The notes beneath the pieces were generated by a model. That model searched no databases. It had not been told where the DNA came from and was given only the letters and a program-made list of their open reading frames with translations. Of a stretch of DNA of 64,000 nt, positions 1 to 24,583 are shown piece after piece (the stretch's first letter is position 1; each line of letters begins with the position of its first letter). Where the stretch lies: NCBI GenBank assembly GCA_012295275.1, contig CM022667.1, positions 3,100,001 to 3,164,000 of the forward strand. The letters are read 5' to 3'. A program made the translations under genes and the position numbers. Source of the stretch: Chrysomallon squamiferum (lineage: Eukaryota > Animalia > Mollusca).

Positions 1-198
1 TCGAATGAGATTCACACACTGTTTCAAAATTTAAAAAAAAATGGGAAGAAACCCATCTGTAAACTAATATATTCATTTATTATTTTTTTTCTTAAATTTT
101 ATTATTATTATTTTTTAAAATTTACTTCTTCATTTCATTATTATAAATATTTAAATTTTTTTAATTTTAATTTTTTTTTTTTTTTTTTTTTTTTTTAG

Positions 199-7438
<7,240 letters not shown>

Positions 7439-8249
7439 AGAAAAATGTGAAATTCTCTTTGCTGAAAGTGTTACTTGTGTCTGGCGACAAGATAGTCAGA
7501 CATCTGATGTAGTTCTGCTCCATGCTTAATCGCATTAGTGAATGACACCTGACTATTATGAATTATTGGATTTATTTCTGCTTGTATATAACATGACAAT
7601 GAACTGAAATGTGTGTCGTTTAATTTGTCTCAATAACTAAGATTTGTTGTGGAGTCGTTTCTTTTTTATATTTATCAAAACAACAAAGTGTGGACAGTTC
7701 TATCATAGATTACGAGAAATGAAAATTTGGTCATCAGTGAAGAAAACAAAAACTGAAATTTTGAACTCTAAGAAAAAGAGAAAATTAAAAAAAAAAAGAC
7801 TGAAAAGCTTTTTGTGGACATTATGTTGTTCTGTCTTAACCATTTGTACTGTATTATCATCTGGCATTAACTTCCAAAGTTGTTTAAACTTGTTTTTTTT
7901 TGGTTTTGATTTTTAATTTTCTGAAATTTGTTTTATTTGTTATCATCATCATCATCACCATTTTTTTTTTAAATAAAAAGTTAAAAACCCATTTTATTCG
8001 TCTAATTTTTCACCATATACTTGTTGCGAAGAACTTATCTTTTTGTTAACTTCATTATTAAAAATTGTTGTTCCCATTAGAGGTAATTTTAACATTTTAC
8101 ATTTTTGCCATCTTCCTTTGTGGGAAGCAAACATGTTTCTAGAAATTTATCGTGTTGATGGAATAAAAAAAAATAAAAGGAATTTACATATTGGGAACAA
8201 GCTACAGTTTGTGTACATTTTATAGTTTTAGATGTAAGCCAGAGTTTAT

Positions 8250-8300
8250 AATAAACCTTACATCAATCAAGTTACATTGTCTGAATGTCTGTTTTGTTGT
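8250..8300 (+). terminator. Probable SPT16 polyadenylation signal
   Basis: AATAAA at 8250-8255 followed by a GT-rich tract (tgtctgttttgttgt, 8286-8300); other AATAAA hexamers near 7972 and 8162. Confidence 0.45.
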
Positions 8301-9040
8301 ACAGAATTAAACTTTATTATTATATCATAGTTTTACCGTATCTTGTTTGTTTTCATCATCTGATGTTGAAAGTTCCATACTTATAGCATTAATTATTTTC
8401 CATCACTTTAAAATAATAATTGTGATTTATAATTCTTTAAGAAGACCCATAGATTTTAGTTTAAAAAGAAAATTTACTGAGTTCTTGTCGTACTTTATCT
8501 GAATTTAATAATAGTTAAACAGTAAACCACATCAGTTTTTAATGTTCATTAATGCACATATTTAATCATATACGGCTTTAAAAATATACAATTATATTAT
8601 TCTTGGGAATAAAAGTAATATTGTAATTCTTAGAAATGTACCCCCTTCTTAAACGGTAAATTAAATGTAACAAAAAAAAACGAAAAAAAATCTGGAATGA
8701 AGAACAATAGCTGTCAATTTATTCATACAAAAACAAATACAATAATCATCTTTTTACATATTCATACAGATGTTTTAAAAAAACATTAATTTACTAATGA
8801 GACTTCAATATAATTGGTGCAAAAGTTCATTGTTAGTACGTCAGTTAAACACGAGTCTTTGACAGATCAAAATACAACATACATACAAAACGAGCAAAAT
8901 ATGAATTCTTTTATTCAATAGAAAGGAACCAATGAAAATCTTCATAATGTCCACGTGTTATTGCTTTTTTTAAAAAATTATTAATGTCCAGAATTATTTA
9001 CATATATTACAAAGTCAGAAATGTTGCAAGTAACAAACAA

Positions 9041-9101
<61 letters not shown>

Positions 9102-9188
9102 GCCTTTACTACTACTCCTGCTTTTTTCAGCTTATTTTAATCATTATTATTACTATTGTTGTTGTTGCTAATAATAATAATCATGTAG

Positions 9189-12695
<3,507 letters not shown>

Positions 12696-13935
12696 AGAAA
12701 AATGTGAAATTCTGTTTGCTGAAAGTGTTACTTGTGCCTGGTGACAAGATAGTCAGACATCTGATGTAGTTCTGTCTGCACACTTAATCACATTAGTGAA
12801 TGACATATAAACAGTATTTACTAACTACATCAGTTTTTAATGTTCATTAATGCACATATTTAAACATATACAGCTTTAAAAATATACAATTATATTATTC
12901 TCGGGAATAAAAGTAATATTGTAATTCTTAGAAATGTCCCCCCTTCTTAAACAGTAAATTAAATGACAAAAAAAAAAAAAAAAAAAAAATCTGGAATGAA
13001 GAACAATAGCTGTCAATTTATTCATACAAAAACAAATACAATAATCATCTTTTTACATATTCATACAGATGTTTTAAAAAAACATTAATTTACTAATGAG
13101 ACTTCAATATAATTCGTGCAAAAGTTCATTGTTAGTACGTCAGTTAAACACGAGTCTTTGACAGATCAAAATACAACATACATACAAAGTAACGAGCAAA
13201 ATATGAATTCTTTTATTGAATAGAAAGGAACCAATGAAAATCTTCATAATGTCCACGTCTTTTTGCTTCTTTTTTTTTGTTATTAATGTCCAGAATTATT
13301 TACATATATTACAAAGTCAGAAATGTTGCAAGTAACAAAAAAAAATAATATAAAAAAATCATAAAGATATAATAATAATAATAATAATAATAAAATCACA
13401 AACATTAATTTTAATGGACCATAAATAGTAAAACAACAATTTTTTTACAAGTGACATAAATAATACAGAAGTGTCTCAGCTGATAATTGTTAATTTAGTT
13501 AACTGCAGGAGAATCCTGTGTATAAACTTTACAACTCATTTCATTACCATTATTTTTACTATTAAAACTAACGTGTTCATTCACACTGCCACAGAAACAA
13601 CACTAAACCTTCAAACTCAAATTATTATTATAGACATTGTTAATGTGCAGTATTTCAAATTGTTTTATTATTTTCACTGTTAAAAATAATGTATATAAGC
13701 AACAACATCAGTAGTATTTTGTTTGCATTATAAATATATTAGTCCTCCAGTTTATGAAAGAAAAAAAAAAAAAAACAATTGTGAAAAGTACTCGACTGAG
13801 ATAATTATAACTAACTGAATAAAATCAAATATGCAAGCTTTCTGTATCACAATTTCTGTCTGTTGGTTTCTGATTTCATGTTGCCTTGTTTTTGTTGCCT
13901 GGTGATGGAGAGATGCTAGACTGAGAGGGTTTGTG

Positions 13936-14953
13936 TTAAGATTTGATTGCGGTGTCTTTCCTAGGAGCTGAGCTGCTTGGGGTGGGGTGGGTGACAGAGA
14001 CGTGTTGCTGGACCCAGGGGTGCTTGAGAACCTCGGTCAGTGGCAGACGTTTGCTGGGATCATGACGCAGTAACTGACGGTAAAAAATAAAAAAATAAAA
14101 AATAATGTTTATACTGAACACACCTGGCACTGTAAAGAATGTAAAAAAGAAAAAAAAATGGTATATAAATACCTAAGGAAAAGTTCTAAATCCATCAAGT
14201 AATTTCTTAAAATTTTTATTTATATTTCTCCTTTAAGTTGTTAACAAAAGCATCCATATACTTATTATTATTATTGTATGCATTATTAGAAAACATATAC
14301 TTTACAAAGCAAACAACCCTGACATTAATTGCAAAAATTATAAAGCTACAAACGTTATAAAAAAAGGAATAAACTGTAATTTAATGTCTACCTTTGATAT
14401 CAAATCGCGAGCTCCTTCGGACACGTGGCTGGGGAAAGTGAAGTCCACTTTGGTGATGCGTCTGTACGTCTCGGAATGACCCTCAGACTCAAACGGGGGT
14501 TTCCCTACGAGAAACTCGTAACACAGGATTCCCAGACTCCAGAGGTCGACTTTCTCGTCATGCATTTTCCCTTCCACCATCTCGGGAGGTAGATAGTCCA
14601 GGGTGCCACACAAAGTGGTGCGTCTGTTATAAAAACCAATTACATCTGAATTTCTATTTTACAGATGTTTAAACCGTCAAATACTTCCTTTTAAATGGCG
14701 AATGATATCTCAATTTCTATTTTACAGATGCTTAAACTGTGAAATGTATTTCCGACACAAATGGTGAATGAATGTATTCGCCATGTACTGATATATGAAT
14801 CAGGATAAAATTTACTGTGGGCAAGGAATATCAGCAAAAGATCTTGTACACATAGTAAGTGATGGCTATGCTACAACATAAATCTACTAACACATAAATG
14901 AAATAAAACTAATATATATATATATCAGCACACAGAGCATCCAATTACCATAT

Positions 14954-14993
<40 letters not shown>

Positions 14994-17900
14994 GTTCATG
15001 CTAGTGGCAATATAGGTAAAATAATTGCCTTTTTTTTTCTTTCTTTTTTATTACTATATTTGACATTACTCTGATCCCATGATCTTCTAATTTTTGTTGT
15101 TGTTGTTGTTGTTTTGTTAAAAAATATATATCACTGGGAAGTTGGAATTATTTTGCTGTCTCATTTCACCTCACTTTCTCCCTATTTTTCTAGCCCAGCT
15201 TGAACCCTGGCCATGCTGGCTGTGTCTGTGAACAAGTTTCTACAGCTCCCCCCCACCCCACCCCTGCCCGTACCCACCTTGATGAAGGGGCGTGCACGGA
15301 CCAGCCGAAGTCTGCTATTTTCAGATCTCCTTTCAAGCCAAGTAACAGGTTCTCTGGTTTGATGTCTCTGTGGATCACTCGACGACTGTGACAGTAAATC
15401 AAAGCATTCGTCATCTGATAGATATACTGCAAAAAAAAAATAATAATAATAATAATAATAATAAAAAACCAATCAGAATACAGTCCAGATAGAAGCTTTT
15501 AATGGTATCTATGTGAATATGATTTGTAAAAATGTGAATGGGCACTTAACATTTCTGTATGCTGTATGGTGGCTGATTCATCTAGCTGTCAATCAAGCAA
15601 AAAGATGTATGCAAATGTTCTTTTGCACAGCACTTTCTTTAATCAATATAGTTACTCTATAAAGAAAACTTGCAAAGGCTGAAAGGTCATATGTATCATT
15701 TAAAAAAAATATCTGTTTTTAACCAAATTCACAATTCTATCCAGCTAATTACCTCTGAAAGTCATCACAAACTGTTTCAGATCACATCTGATTTAAATTA
15801 TATTAACTGCATTAACAGATACTTAAATATTGGTGTTATTTATCACGTAAGAAATTAACTTACATTTGCTGTTCGCTTTTCATCAAATCTTGAACATTTC
15901 TGCAGTTCTTTATACATTTCGCCTCTTGGAGCATATTCAAGAATTAAATAAACTCGTGTTTTGTCATGGAAATATCCAAACAGTCGTAAAATATTGGGGT
16001 GTCTATAAATAAAAAATCAAGATGAAAAAAAATGGATCTGTAGTATTTTTATAATTACAGTGTTGAATTACAAAGCTACAGTAACTATTAAGATACACAA
16101 AATAAATCTTTTATTTATTTATTTATTCTTTTGTTGTTATTCTTTTTTTTATTCCTTTTTTATTCCCCCATCTCACAAAATGATTTATTATTATTATAAC
16201 CCTACAGAAACAAATTAACTGTTTATTTTAATTCTGGGAATAAGACATTTTTCAAAACTGTACTGTAAACAAATGATATGAAAGAATAATCAAAACCAAA
16301 TTTGCAAGATCATTCACTCTGTTACATCCTCTGGTTTTTAATACATTTAGGCTACATATTAATACCATTAAAAAAAGAAAAATAAGAGGAAAAAGAAGAA
16401 GAAGATGATACAGATAAAAACCAAGTTACCTCAAGTGTGACTGGATCTCAATCTCTCTTCTCAGCTGGTGTTCAACTCCAGACTGCTGTAGCTGAGATTT
16501 GAACAGCACCTGTGAAATAACAAATATGTCTTTACTATCAACACAGTTTAATAAAAAAAAATAATAATAAAATAAAAATATGCCTAAAGAAACTCTCATG
16601 TAAGAATATCAATAGAACTTGCACAGTGGGACTTTCATGATGTTAGGCACAGTCATCAACTAAAGGACCCTGAGTAAATGTACAACAAAGCAAAATATAT
16701 ATATATATATATACACACACACAACCACGAATGCAATAAAAACTATGTAACTAGTATTTTTAATATTAATGGTTACTAAAATGTGCCTTACAAATGTGAA
16801 ATGATAACAAAGGAAGCTTGCTGAAGCCAACGCATGTTTTGCAGTGAAGGTCCTTTTATGCAGGGATCATTTACTGTAATATAACTACCAATAAGATCCT
16901 TATTGTGAAAAACCAGTAAACTAATTGACTGTTTCTAGTTTGGCAACATCCTGTGGATAAAATATAAAAGTCCAATCCTTCTTTTATTGCATCTACATTT
17001 GTACATATATATTCTATGTCTGTTTTGGGAAAAAGGCTTTGGATGTGAATCAAGACTTATCATCCATTCTTTTTCTCATTTACAAGAAGCAGAAGACAAA
17101 ACCTTTTGGACCCATGGGAAACATACAGCAAAGAGCAGCATTAGTTTCTGTCTTGTGTTTGATAAAGATCCTTTATTGTCTCTACTTATACATATCTGGA
17201 TTTTCAAAAAATATAATAACAAAAAAGATAGTAATTATATATATAAATAAAAATAAAAAATTAAAATAATTATCAGTGTATACTTACTTTCAAGGCCACA
17301 ATATATTTGCTAGTTTTCTCTCGGGCCAAGTAAACATTTCCAAACTTTCCTTTCCCCAGAGGTTTTCCAATGTCAAATTCACTCAGAGACCAGATTCTAA
17401 AAACAACAATACATTTTATTTTAAACATTTAGGTCATAATGAAATACCTGCAAAGTAAAATGAAAGTATCTCTGCTTTTTTTAACACATTACAATGACGT
17501 TGATGATCATCAACAAACGACAGCATTTAGACTTGACTAAAACATCATGTGAAAGTAACCAAAATGTTATCAGTTATTTATATATAAATAAATATCATGT
17601 TTTAAAAAAATTTTAAATATCAAACAGAATATTTTCAAACCAGTGTTATTGCTATGAAATGGTTTTCAACCAATCTCCATCTTTGTCCTAATTTTTATCA
17701 TCAATCCAAATGTTATCTGTCATCACTTTAAACTGTAAACCTAACTTCCATATAAAATTCAAATACAAACATTTTCAGAGGAATAGTTTAGGTGAAGAAT
17801 TTTTAAAGCATTTTTTTTTTTTTCTTTCTTTTCTTTTTTTTTAATATAAAATCAAACAAAAGTCTTTGATGTAACTAGTCACAATTCTTCTTATAATATT

Positions 17901-18122
17901 ATTTTTAATTAATCTAAATTTTTCCTCAAGTCTAACACTAAACCAAAACAGTCACATACAATGTTAATCTGTCATTGTATTTTTGGGAATTTAGATGAAC
18001 ATTTTTAGAAGTTACCTTTTCTTTTCTGTAGTTGTTGAATCTGATGATTGTTTTGTCATTTGTTTGTCTCCTGCCTCTTGAGCATTCATGTCAACTGGTT
18101 TCAAAACTCTCTGTTGTTCCAT
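13936..18122 (-). CDS. AURK: Aurora kinase (complete, 7 coding exons, 317 aa)
   Basis: Exons 18122-18016, 17396-17288, 16509-16430, 16002-15864, 15426-15278, 14623-14392, 14073-13936 total 954 nt in frame. Motifs [82 protein letters not shown]; N-terminal QRVL; in-frame TGA upstream of the ATG. Confidence 0.96.
16810..17210 (-). mobile_element. Possible degenerate Penelope-like (GIY-YIG) retroelement fragment in an Aurora intron
   Basis: Higher-complexity intronic block; broken minus-strand translations YV*VETIKDL and [13 protein letters not shown] loosely recall GIY-YIG endonuclease motifs. Weak, from recollection only. Confidence 0.25.
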
Positions 18123-19037
18123 TATGCACCAGTATCACTATGAAACCAACTAACACAAAACCTGCTTAAGTATTAAAATTAAATAAATAAAATCAAAAAT
18201 AAATTAAAACATGAAAAGCATGAAATAAAAATAATAATTTAAAAAAAAACACACAAATTAAAGACAAAACAAACACATTCAAATAAAAAGAAAAGTAAAT
18301 GTATAATTTTATGTTACATATGATTATGAAGAGATCTCAGTAACTAAGTGCATTGTTTAAAAGCATTTTATATTAGTTCAAACTGGTAACTGTTATATCA
18401 TATACAATTATATTCAGGTCATTGTATAATTGAAAATAAAGCTACAAAATGTATTTCTAGAACTTCAGAATCATTCTCGCAAGTTGAGATCATGGTGAAA
18501 ATCTCAACAACAACCATATTTGAAAATCCAAAATCCATTTTATAGATCAATTCTACCATACATAGATCGAAGCTATAACAATTTAAATTTACCCAATTAA
18601 TCTTACATTTCTAATTACTACTCAGTCTACTCAGATAAACTAAGATAAACTTAGTAATTCATGATCACTTATTAAACACAGCGGAGATTTTATTAAAAAT
18701 TTTTTACTTTTATTTTTTACTTTTTTTTATTTTTGATTCTTTCAATGAACATACGATTAACAAAATGAATAGAATTTTCACATTAAATACTTTCTTTTGT
18801 CGAGCAAGGATAAATCGGCCTTACTTCCTTAATAATAATAATAATTTGATGATAATTCATAAAATGGAGAAAGTGGTTAGACGAAAATGAGCTACCGACG
18901 TTTTCAGGTCAAAAAGGTTTATCACAGTGCCCATCAAAAAGATCGCGATTTATAAGCTTTCAATTAATTGAATTACAATATGATCAAAATATATATAATG
19001 ACTAAAAATATTCAAATAAATTTAATATTTTGTATAC

Positions 19038-19100
19038 CTTTGTCTTGCAGTACGATTCAGTGTTGTTATAAACTTTTTCAATTCAACCAAAGATATTTAG
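19038..19100 (-). other. Probable non-coding first exon of Aurora
   Basis: Minus-strand donor AAG|GTATAC at 19038/19037, just downstream of the CHR/CCAAT motifs; acceptor for the ATG exon at 18162-18164. TSS approximate. Confidence 0.55.
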
Positions 19101-19180
19101 TTTGAAATTCGTATCAAAGCTTTCGATTGGTTTAATGCTCTTCTTCCATAGCAATCTAAGCAGCAGCACTATTGGTTAAT
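19095..19180 (-). promoter_or_regulatory. Aurora promoter: CHR-like element plus two CCAAT boxes
   Basis: TTTGAA at 19101-19106; ATTGG (CCAAT on the minus strand) at 19126-19130 and 19171-19175. This resembles the MuvB/NF-Y layout of G2/M genes. Confidence 0.55.
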
Positions 19181-19591
19181 ATTTAAAGGGAATTAACTTC
19201 TGTGACCAAACTATGGAATAACATAGATTTTGTTTTAGTTCGGAAATCACATTAAATGTTGTTTATCAAATTATTTTTAATATTTAAATAATTTTAAATT
19301 TATATTCCCCTTTGAAATCAAAATAATAATAATAAAATTAATATTAAAATTAAAAAAGAAATTAGTTTAAACAATGATCAAATAAATTAATATTTAAGAA
19401 AAATAAATAAAACATTCCTTTCTCTAATTGTTTATTGTTATTGTAATTGTTTTTCAATAAATTATAATCATTATTATAATTATATACCTGCTGGATTATT
19501 TTTTAAAAATTTGTCATTAAAATTTTTTAATCTAGGTAATAAATAATAAAGAAAAAATGACGACGTGATGATTATATTGATGATGATGATG

Positions 19592-19628
<37 letters not shown>

Positions 19629-19674
19629 CAACTGTCTTTTTTTTTCTTCCCAAATCGTAATCTATTTTTAGAAA

Positions 19675-19792
19675 CTGGTTCAGAGAATGCTGACCAGTCT
19701 ATTCAGTGGAAAACCGGAGGAAGGACTTTTGTTGACATAAATTGACAGCGAAGTAACGATTGTGTAAGTTTTCATGGGATTATAATTCGTTA
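19675..19792 (+). other. Probable non-coding first exon of the plus-strand CUB-LDLa gene
   Basis: Locally GC/CpG-richer block ending in a perfect donor TAG|GTAAGT at 19792/19793; next plausible exon starts at 24541. Start approximate. Confidence 0.5.
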
Positions 19793-20182
19793 GGTAAGTA
19801 TGACGTATACGTTACTATTTAGATTTGCTTAATATTAACAAATAGTATTAAAATCATTTTAGATTCCAAATGAAAGACCTAATTCGATTAAAATCACAAA
19901 GCGTAAAATAATCTTGTCAGCCGACACTTCGGTCTTCCTGTTGCAGTATATATAATACTGTAATTGTAGACAGTAGCAGATAGGGTAGCAATGCCTTTTA
20001 CTGTTTTAGGATAGGAATTTTAATCGATTTGATAGATAAGATTTTAAAATTAAATTAATGAATTAAATGCAAATTTAAGTTCATCCTATCTCATCCTATT
20101 TTAATATAGTTTGTGTTATAAAAATTGGTTAATAACTAGAAGAAGGAATGTGATTAACCTATAAAGCAGAAACAAATCTTAA

Positions 20183-20216
<34 letters not shown>

Positions 20217-21061
20217 TAATATTATTATTATTATTATTAGTTCTTATTACCAACGTGACATTATGGCATATACAATATTACAAAAATATAATTATTTTTC
20301 AGAAGCATTATTACAAGGACAGGCAAGATTACAACTAATGCAATTAAAAGTACCATTTGCTAACTGTTTATTTATAATTCAAAGATGTAATAATAATGTG
20401 TATAACAATAAAATAATAAAAATATTATATGAAGATACATATTACATTAAATAAAAATTAGAATACATTAAAAATTAATATATAATTAGAATGATAGCAA
20501 TTTATAAATAGTAACATTTTATCATTTTTCAGTTATTATTACCGACATTTTTGTTTATAGTTATATATTAAATAAATTGCATTAAATTATATTTATAAGA
20601 ATATTAATGAAGCTGTTTTTGTTCATGACAACATGCCTTCAAAATCAAAAACAATGGTTAAGACTGCAGCCATTGATACTATGTTTATCTTGTGATGTAT
20701 ATTGACTTAAGCAGATTTCATCAGTGGCATCCTTACATGACATTTCACTGTGTACTGATAGTAAAAGTAAAAAAACCATAGCTTCCAGATTTGTTTTTAA
20801 TCCTGACTTCAGTAAACACCATAGATTGATTTGGAAGCATGAATTTAGTTTTTTTAAACTTTTAACACGTTATTAATCAGAAAAAGGATGAAGATGAAAA
20901 ATGTAGCAACAATCTAAATTATATGTTCAGGTTTATTTAAAGATACATGTGTACTGAGAAACATACCTATATGTATATATATGACCACACATATATGTGA
21001 CAGTTAACAGAAACAAGCATACATACAGAAATGTATGTATGTAGGAAAACAAATAGAAATG

Positions 21062-21092
<31 letters not shown>

Positions 21093-23361
21093 AAAAACAC
21101 ATACATACATTAACTAAAGAGTAATACATTGTATTTGTTATGCACATAATTAATACATGTATGCTGCATGTCTTACTAGCAGTTTTTATAAAAGTTCATC
21201 TGAAAGTTTTGAAATTAATCTTAGTCTGAAATAAAATACTTGTGTTTGTCAAGTCACCTCCTGTCTGACTGACACTGAGGCTGCCAAAATCTGATGATTA
21301 AGTTGCTGCAGATGGTGTGGAATCTTAAATATTCCTTATATTTTTTTTTTTTTTTTTTTTTTTTGCTGGCTTGCATTGCCACTTGTCCAGAGTGATTTGA
21401 GCATAACACTCAAAGTATGGGATTCTTCTTTGTTTAATTGGCTTCACTTAGTTGTTGTGATCTTTCATTTTTCTTCATTATTATTATTATTATTTAAATC
21501 TTTTATTATTATAATTTTTTAAAATAGTCCTTGAAAAAGTAATTTGAGCAAAACACACAAAGTATGGGAAGTGTCTGGGTTTAAATTGGTTTCATCAACA
21601 GTTCTGATCTTTCATTTGTTTCTTCTGGCACCTCAAGAGTTCCACTGATGATAAACAACTGTTTGTTTCCTGCTTTGTTTACCTGCAACACAAAACCTTT
21701 TCCAAAATTTACTTACAGGTGTTTTTTTGTTTTTTAAAAAATAAGGATGCACTCGTTTTTGTATACATCAGATTTTACAGAAATCTACTTACATAGTTAT
21801 TAATTACAACAGAAAATAGCCAGTGATAAATATCTCTAAACCTTCATTTATTATTATTAATAATTCAAATTGGTAATAATAATGTAAATGTTTTAAATTT
21901 GTATACTTCTACTTAAGGTTAACCTTGTTAATATTTTGTTTTTCTCTCTTATTTTGAAACAAATACTTACCAATAGCGCTATTAAAACTCATTTTTCAGA
22001 AACTTACATAGATACTGATTATGCCATTAGGTGAGCCTATGAACAATGTGCCTACATCTTAATATTCATGATTAATTATGGTAGAATGTATGTCCTTGTA
22101 ATGTGTATTTGGTATAAATCTACTATTAACCTTACTGTTTAAAAAAAAAAAAAAAAAAGTTTTTATTCTGCAGTGTCATTGTGACATTAACTTACCTTTC
22201 AAATTTTATTTGGTTACGTCCCTTTCCTTTATTCCGTTTTGATTTTTCCCTCAATATTTTTAGCTGTGTGTCATTCTGCAGTTTAGATTAATACACTTTT
22301 CCATCTGTTATGTTTTATAACTATTGAAACTGGTGTTAAACAGTTTTAAAACTTTTTGTTCAAGGAAATATCTTTGGGAAGAAATATTAAGACTCAAGTT
22401 TTAATAGGTTTATTGGTTAGTATTTGTTTCGTTTTGTTTTACTGTACAGTACTGTTCTTTTCTGTATTTTATTTTACTTCACATTACATACTACTGTTCT
22501 TAATCTTACCTTATTTTATTTTACATTATTTTTCTTTAGATTATATGACTTTATTTAATATTAAATTACTTTTCTTTACTTTTTACTTTATTTTATTTAT
22601 TTTACAAAGTAAGAAATAATACAAAATAATACATGAATAAATGTATATGCACATTAATTCTTTTACATATATTTATTATAAAACATTATATGTAAAAGAT
22701 GTTATAAATATATTTTAATGTTTTATATAACTTTCTAAATTTCTTGATACAAATATCAGAAAATTGAGTACTTTATGTAAAATATTTTAATATAAATATC
22801 AAATAATCTTACACAATCAGTTAAAATATACTTCATTTATAATACCTAAATGAACATTTAAAATAAAATATCACGTTACTGGTGAAATATATAAGCAAAA
22901 ATAATAAACATGTAGAAAAACTTTCTTTATAATTCTTCTGATATTTGATAAAATTATCAAATAGCATGAATCATAGTTTAATAGTGCATGACTATTAGTG
23001 AAAATAAATATGTATTTTATTTTTATTTTTTAGTCAGTATGTTGAGTTAGGCCTGAATAAATAGTGATTTTTAAACAGCAAGGGTTAAGTATCTCAACAA
23101 GGTTCAGTATCTCATTACAAACAATTATATATATTTTTTTCTATGTTGATCATTTTACTATAATAGTACATTATTTTTTTAAACAATGAGTTATTATTTT
23201 GAAAATAAATAATTAAGACGAATATAAATAAGGCTGAATATTTATTTAAGGTAGAATTGGATGTGAACACATACACAGATACTGCCCTGACACATACACA
23301 CACACACACACAGTTACAGAGAAACGTTGACATCAACACACACATGGTTACAGAGAAACCT

Positions 23362-23409
<48 letters not shown>

Positions 23410-24583
23410 TTTTTAGGAACCCATCCCCTGTAAAAAAAAAATCCCAGATCGACAGTAGAGTGTGAATTATTATTTTAGGTAAATGTGGTTAGCCACTTAC
23501 TAAATATAGTTTGTCACTTGTGGTAAAATGAATATCAACATTGTGTAACACAAATATCAGGTATGATGTTGTTGTAGTTGCTATTGTCCCAGTACACATT
23601 TACTTCAAAGTTGGTGAGTCACTGCGTGTGTACAAGGAAGATTCAGGTAATAATATCTTTTGTGCTTCCTGTTAGCTGAGATTAAAACTAGGTTATGTTC
23701 ACACCTTCTGTAGACTAAGTACAGCATTCATCACCATATAAGATAAAATTTAGTATTGTATTAATAAAATACAATAAAATATATATATATAAAATCTTTT
23801 ATTGGTTTCTGTCACCTTCATTATACTGACCTTGGTTTATGCCAAAATGAAAATATATCAAGTGTTTGTTAGAAAATTTGTATCAGACAGATTTCACGTG
23901 AAACTACAGGCAGTAGAAGTAGAATAGAAATTGATATGCTTTTCAACATAAAATTATATCTTACTATAAAGAAAAATGTTTTTGGGAACACAGTGCTTTT
24001 GCTACTAAAAATATATTTAATATATTTTAATACTAAATAAATTATTTAACAAAAATTATTACCTTGCATTTAATAATAATAATAATATTCTATATAGATA
24101 AATAGATGATAGTCATAGGTAGACAGATGAGAAGTAACAAATAACCATGATTTTTTCTTATGATATATTTTGTATTAGAAATAATATATTACAGAAAATA
24201 ATTATTAAATTATATAGCATAATAAAAAATTTCACATAATACAGTATCTCACACACACACACACACACACCCACACCCATGTATGTATATATATATATAT
24301 TAAGATTTAAATAACCACAATAAATAAATCGACTATTCTAAAGTATACAGTTACATACTTATGAAATATAAAAGTTTAAAAAAAATTACATTACATTTTT
24401 ACCACAGTATTTAAATACAGAGGAGTTGAACAAAAAAAATTCATTGAACATATTTTCTTCTTTCTTTTAACCAAATCCTTAAATCTTTAATTTTTACAAT
24501 TGTTTCTTATTTTGGGTTAAAATAAAATATTGTTTTTCAGGTTACTAGATTCACTATGACAGTTTTCTGCTGTGACTAACAAA

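Noticed and set aside
13340-13935. CPE/ARE motifs in the Aurora 3' UTR
   Set aside because: TTTTAT/TTTTAAT are expected by chance at this AT content.
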